In this document: piece by piece, positions 43,072-49,032 of the stretch
Layout of the letters: every line of letters starts with the position of its first letter
Numbering within the stretch: the first letter of the stretch is position 1
Made by a program: the position numbers and the translations under genes
From: Reclinomonas americana ATCC 50394
Taxonomy: Eukaryota
DNA: 49,032 nucleotides
Direction of reading: 5' to 3'
Assembly: GCA_048213135.1 (NCBI GenBank)
Contig: PS015190.1
Location: 23,635-72,666 of the forward strand
Notes under the pieces: generated by a model
What the model was told of the DNA's origin: nothing
Databases searched by the model: none
Seen by the model: only the letters and a program-made list of their open reading frames with translations

Positions 43072-44722
43072 CCGAACAGGAAGGCCACGCCGTACTCGGT
43101 GACCACGTAGTGCACATGAGCGCGTGTGGTGGTGACACCGGCACCCTGGTGCAAGAACGGCACGATGCGCGACTCGCCGCGGTGCGTCGTCGACGGCAGC
43201 GCCATGATCGGCTTGCCGCCGGGCGACAGAGCGGCGCCACGCATAAAGTCCATCTGACCGCCCACGCCCGAGAAGAACGACTCGCCGATCGAGTCGGCGC
43301 AAATCTGGCCCGTCAGATCGACCTCGATGCACGAGTTGATGGCACACACTGTGCGACAAGTGAGCCCGAGAGGAAAATCGGAACTAGGGGAAGATACAGA
43401 CTGACCTCGCTCGTTGCGCAGAATGACGGTGGGATCCTGCGAGTGGAGAGCGCGCCATGTAAGCGAGGGGAAGGCGAGGGAGGTGCAGACAAACACGCGT
43501 GCTGCGCGCAACGTTAACCACGGCCACGTCCACCATGGTGAGCAGTGGGTTGTCGTCGACGAAATCGTACAGCTTTTGCGAGCCGATGAGGAAGGTGCTG
43601 ACCATGCGGCCGTTCCACACCTTCTTGAGGCGATTGTTGACCACACCCTTCTCAATCAGCGGGATGATGCCGTCGCTGAACATCTCCGTGTGCACGCCCA
43701 GATCCTTGTGGCCACCGAGCTCGGCGAGCACGGCGTCGGGAATGGCGCCAATGCCCATTTGCAGGCAGGCACCGTCGGGCACAATCGAGGCCACGTTGCG
43801 ACCAATGGCCGACTCCACCTCGCTGCGCGGCTTCGACTTCATCTCAAAGATCGGCGTGTCGACCTCCACCACGCAGTCGAGCTCGTTGACGTGAATAATG
43901 CCGTCGCCGTGCGTGCGGGGCATCGACGGATTGATCTGTGCCACCACATACTTGGCCTCCTGCACGGCGGCCAGCGAGCAGTCCACCGACACACCCAGCG
44001 AGCACCACCCGTGACGATCGGGCGGCGACACCTGCACCAGCGCCACATCCAGTGGCAAGTAGTTCTGCCGGAACAGTCTGTGCGCGCGCGCCACCCGTGG
44101 TGTGAGTGACGAGCCAATGCTAAGATATCTGTGGATTCGGACGCAACTTGGGCGTCTCCGAGAGGAAGATGGGCATAAAGTCGGCCTCGCCGGCATTGAC
44201 GGCCTTGCGAGCGTTGGAACCTGCACACGCAGTCAGGCGGGTGTCGCGCTCAACAACTCGCCCGCCCGCTCACTCACCAATGAACATGGACACGTCGCGG
44301 AAGGCGCGGCGTCCCTCGGGCGACAACAGATGCGGCAGCGAGCCCTCCGTGTGCAGATGCACCACCTCACAGCCCTTCAAGTGCTGCGTGCACTGACGCG
44401 TCATGGCCTCGAGGAGTGCCGTGGGCGTGGCGGCCGCCGTGTGCACAAACACGCGCGACCACGCCGCCGTTCCACCCGACAGATTGACCACGCGCTGCAT
44501 GGCCTCGTCCGCAGTCGCGCACTGCGTCGGCGGCAGCTTCGAATGCGCCACGCTCATGTGGCCCCAGTTGGTGCTCGGCAGCGCGGCACCAATCTGATCG
44601 CTGGCGCCCGTGGTGGTGGTGGTGTTGGCGTTGCTGGACGACGCGCATCGCAGCAGCAGTGGAGCGAGGCGCGATGACGAGAAGGAGAAGGGCACCGTGG
44701 GGCCCGCTCGCAGCAGCAACAT
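43072..44722 (-). CDS. Acetyl-CoA hydrolase/transferase family (acetate:succinate CoA-transferase 1B / 4-hydroxybutyrate CoA-transferase-like) with probable mitochondrial presequence
   Basis: DVALVQVSPPDRHGWCSLG, PDGACLQMGIGAIPDAV, HKDLGVHTEMFSDG (catalytic Glu), SGVGGQMDF, HYVVTEYG. The N-terminus MLLLRAGPTVPFSFSSSRLAPLLLRCASS is R/S/L-rich and has no acidic residues. Confidence 0.92.
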
Positions 44723-45209
44723 GATGGCGAAAACAAACGAACGGTGGGTGACAATTCATGATCGCATCTTTTCCGCATCTTTTGCACTAGTTGCTCGTTG
44801 GCGAGGCTTGCAGTTCCACGTTGAACGGCTGACGATGCCACCTGGGCGGTGGGCCTCGATGGAATGTTGAGAAACGAAGAAAGTCGCAGAAGAGATGTTT
44901 GAGAGTGTCATGTTCGATCGTGATTGACAACTTCCGCGCAATGCGCTGAGTTCCATCCGGTGCCGGCGATCGCCGGCGCCGGCAAGCGTCTCAACGAACG
45001 CTGATTAGGAAGCAGTGTTGAGATCGACGCCCTGCTCTCGCGATCAGGCCAAGTGTCGGAGGCCACCTGTCGCGATCCGCTGTGCCCACTGGCTTCTAGT
45101 ACATTTGAATGGACATGGGCCCACAGTCGTGTGGGCCATAACAACGGCAACACCATGCTGCAGGGAAGTCGCGGCAGGCAAAACGAACTTGAACAACTCC
45201 ATTCACTGC

Positions 45210-45833
45210 TCACGAGACGCCCTCGGGTGGCGGCATGCCGACCATCGAGTAGTTTGCTCTTCTCCTGCGCATCTCTCCCAGGTACTCGGCAAACGCCGAG
45301 AACGCATACATCACCCCCGGAATCCACAGCAGCGCCGTCAGCAACAGGCACCACAGAGCACTCTGACATGCGTGTCGTCGCTGCGCGAGGAGGGAGAGTG
45401 AGAGAGAATAGGAGAGGAGAGGCGGGAGACAAGCGACTGCTTACAAAGGTGTCAGGGTCTCATTTGCTTGTTCTCTCCCACTCTCGCTTGCTCTCTCTCA
45501 CACTCACTCTCTTTCTCTCTGGGTGTGTGTGTGTGTGATAAGAGTGTGAATTCCCTTCTTCATCATCCCTCTTTCCACCCACTCCCCACTCGCCTTCACG
45601 ACGAACACTGCAGCGGGTGGCAGCAGCACACACAGCGCGGCCACGCACACCACTGTGAGCCAAAACACACATCCACGATGACTGTCGAGCCCAATCGCTC
45701 TTCTCGACGGCCACGAGTGCTGGTGTTGAAGATGTGGAGGTCCGTGATCGGTGGCCGACATGGGCTTGTAGAAGAGCGTCACGGCAGGTGGCCGGTCGCG
45801 CTCGAACTCGTCGTCGAGACTCACGTTTGTCAT
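45210..45833 (-). CDS. Pmp3/UPF0057 (RCI2-like) proteolipid with N- and C-terminal extensions
   Basis: Splicing 45593->45381 gives ALCVLLPPAAVFVVKRRHACQSALWCLLLTALLWIPGVMYAF, which matches the Pmp3 LLPP.xVF...LLT.L.WIPG..YA pattern. Confidence 0.82.
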
Positions 45834-46739
45834 TGCACAATGATCACGAAGAGGCAAAGACAGAATCGTCAAGCGAGCAAAGGGCGGGATTGTTATCGTT
45901 GGTCGATGCTGCTGTTGCGTGTGCATGCGTGTCCAGAGGGCACGCACACAGTCACATAGAGAATGGCACCTCCCATCTCGTTTGTCATCTGCCATCAATA
46001 GATCTGACAGCTGCAAACAGATCCGACAACGTGAACCACACTGCTCCCAGATCTGTATGCTCTCGTCGCTTGCACATATGGGGTGCATAGAGGTGGAGAT
46101 GCGTGTGCGCCAGCTGCAGTCCGTGGATGGCGCGTCCAGTGTGCATTTGCCGGGAATGCACCAAACAAACCCGGCAGTCACACCAGTCATTAGTTGCCAG
46201 GCGACATGTTGTTGTCTGCCGTATCCCACTCTTTTTTCTTCCCCCACTGAGAGTAGACCATGTCACAGTGCACTCACGATCAGTTGCGTTTCGTCTCTCT
46301 CTCTCTCTGCTTCGTTGCCGCCTGAGCTCACACGTGTTGANNNNNNNNNNNNNNNNNNNNNNNNNNNNNNNNNNNNNNNNNNNNNNNNNNNNNNNNNNNN
46401 NNNNNNNNNNNNNNNNNNNNNNNNNNNNNNNNNNNNNNNNNNNNNNNNNNNNNNNNNNNNNNNNNNNNNNNNNNNNNNNNNNNNNNNNNNNNNNNNNNNN
46501 NNNNNNNNNNNNNNNNNNNNNNNNNNNNNNNNNNNNNNNNNNNNNNNNNNNNNNNNNNNNNNNNNNNNNNNNNNNNNNNNNNNNNNNNNNNNNNNNNNNN
46601 NNNNNNNNNNNNNNNNNNNNNNNNNNNNNNNNNNNNNNNNNNNNNNNNNNNNNNNNNNNNNNNNNNNNNNNNNNNNNNNNNNNNNNNNNNNNNNNNNNNN
46701 NNNNNNNNNNNNNNNNNNNNNNNNNNNNNNNNNNNNNTT

Positions 46740-49032
46740 GATCACAGCGAGGTGGCCGCGGGTCCCAGCTGCGAAGCCCATGAACTGGACGCGGCACAGT
46801 TGCAGGCTGTGGCCACCAGCTGCTCGCCGCTGGCACGGCACCTCTTGCTCCTGACGGCCGCCGCCACGGCCATGCGGATGCCAGTCACCGCCCGCCTGCT
46901 GCAAATGATGCGACAATCGATGAGCGCCGCCCACGATGCCGTCGACTTCCAGACCGACTCGGCGACCCTGGCCACGCTGGCCGCGCAGATTCGCCTGCAG
47001 CCGTGGTCAGAGGATGCCGACTGCGTGGCGGCCGTACGCAGCGCCCTCGACGAGCTGTGCTCGGCCGGTGTCATGGCGGCGCACTCGATGGCGACGCCTG
47101 CCAGCAATGCCTGGTGCAAGCTGCTGACCGGCACTGCAGACATGCCAACCGACACGGTGTCGTACACGGTGCAGCCGACGCTGCTTGGCTGGGTGCAGGG
47201 CACGCCAGCGTCGGCCGCCGTTCGGATGATCATGGCCGACGCCACCCTGCACAGCCTGGCGGCAGCCACCACCACCACCACCGCCCCCGACCGTGAGCTG
47301 GCAAAGACGCTGTGCGCCGTGTGGGAGCTTCTCGCCACCCCCGAGGTCACCGACGTTGTCTTTGCTGCACCGACGATCACTGAGGCGGTTCTCGCACGCA
47401 CGCTGCGCGGTCTCTTGCGACTCATCGACTTGATGGCCGACGGCCACCTGCTGGTCAGCGCCAGCGGCCTCTCCGCCACCACTGCCACTGTGCTCGCCTT
47501 GCCTCTGTTCCGTGACGCCAGCCCGCCGACTGCCGCGCACCACCACAACCTCGTACTCTGTGTGGCATCACTGCATTCGCTGGTCGACCAGCATGACGAG
47601 GCCTTTGCGGCACTCGGCGCTGCCCTTGGCGCCGACGGCGATGTCGACGAGGAGCAGCGGACACAGCGCAGCGAGCTGCTGGAGCGCCTGGTCGCGTGCC
47701 ACCTGCGAGCTGGCAACCTTCGCGAGGCGGTGCTCAATGCGCACGAGGCACTGGCGTTGTGGTCTGCGGACGCCGCGGAGAGTGAGCGGGCAATCGGGCT
47801 GCTGGAGACCTGCGCCAAGCGTTACCTCGAGCGAGGCAGGGCGGGATCGTCGCCGGCCGTGGCGCAACTGCGAGTGGTGGTGGCACGCCGCACGCAGCTG
47901 CACAGTGCGACACACTTGCGCACGGCACTGGCGAATCTGGAGCTGGCGGCGGCGCTGGAGGCCGACGATGCCAAGCCGGAGGCCATGAGTGTGTACGAGC
48001 AGACGCTGACTGTGCTGCGCGAGGTGGTACAGGCAGGCATCCACGGTCCGCACCTTGCGCGCTGCCTGGAGCGACTGGCTGCTGTGGCGCACGCGCTCGG
48101 TCACGACAGGCGCGCTGCCGAGCTGTTGACGGAGCTGATGGCGCACGAGACGACGGTGTTCGGCAAGCCTCACCTGCACACCCTGACCTCGATGAACAAC
48201 GTGGCCGTGGCGCTGAGCAAGAGCGGTGCAATGGAGGAGGCAGAGCGGCTGCTGCGCCACGTGGTGCGCCTGGCAATTGAAGGCTTCGGTGCGGAGAAGA
48301 TGGAGTCGGAGACCTTCCAGTGCAACCTCGCCTCCGTCTTGTACGACACCAAGCGGGTGGAGGAGGCTGAGACGCTGTACCGTCAAGTGTTTGTCAACCG
48401 GGTTGCACGACTCGGTCGTACGCACTCCGACACGTTGCAGACCATGCAGCGCCTGGCCAACGCCGTCTCCAAGCTGGACGGCCGAACCGACGAGGCCGTG
48501 ACAATGTTCCGCGAGCTGGTCGAGCTGACGGCCGACGACGCCACCGCTTGCCAGACCAGCATGAACAACCTGGCGACATGCCTCGGCTACTGCGGTCGCT
48601 ACGGAGAGGCCGAAACGTGTTTCCGCGAGCTCATCGAGTTGCAAAAGGCGGGGTCGGACAAGGCGGTGCTGTACACCACCATGCAGAATCTCGGCTATTT
48701 GTTGGCGACGGCCGGCAACGTGGAGGCAGCAGAAGTCGCGTTCCGCGAGATGATTGCAGTGCAGCGTCAGGACCCGGCACTTGGCGACAAGAGCCCCGAG
48801 TTGAGTGCGACGTACCGCTCGCTGGCCGAGTGCCTCGCGCGAAGGGGTCGCGGCCGAGCTGCTGGCGACGTGTTCCGTGAGCTGTACGACGTGCAGGTGA
48901 ATGCGTTTGGTGAGGGCAGCGAGGAGCCATTTGCCACACTGCGCATCGCCGCACAAACCTACTCTGCTGCTGGTTACCACAAGAAGGCCGAGCAATCCCT
49001 CCGCCAGCTGCTCGAGCTGCAGCGAGAGCTGC
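46740..49032 (+). CDS. TPR-repeat protein (kinesin-light-chain/TPR_12 type); partial at both ends
   Basis: One open frame from 46740 to the window end with repeats such as FGKPHLHTLTSMNNVAVALSKSGAMEEAERLL, LGRTHSDTLQTMQRLANAV and TSMNNLATCLGYCGRYGEAETCF. Confidence 0.82.

Noticed and set aside
47568-48995. Long antisense ORFs (475 aa and similar ones opposite dynein)
   Set aside because: Shadow ORFs expected from GC-rich codon usage on the coding strand, with no recognisable motifs.

Overview
Intron-rich, GC-rich (~60%) nuclear DNA from a flagellated/ciliated microbial eukaryote, in a gappy draft assembly with pyrosequencing-type artefacts. About 12 protein genes were reconstructed by hand-splicing short (mostly 60-110 nt) spliceosomal introns: a UBL-UBL-VIT-VWA protein, SNIP1/Pml1, an ARM/AT-hook/SAM-like protein, WDR78-like dynein intermediate chain, a 7TM-RGS protein, an outer-arm dynein gamma heavy chain (DNAH5/8 type), an EF-hand protein, a bacterial-type alpha/beta hydrolase, a coiled-coil protein, an acetate:succinate/4-hydroxybutyrate CoA-transferase, a Pmp3-family proteolipid and a TPR protein. 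Four small contigs are in inverted orientation inside genes. The most striking signal is in the splice sites. By manual count about 28 of ~120 introns start with GTTGCG(T), which is the local GTGCGT consensus shifted by one base. About 26 of those 28 follow an exon that does not end in G, whereas about 90% of the other donors follow a G. This suggests shifted-register 5' splice-site recognition used as a routine second donor class.
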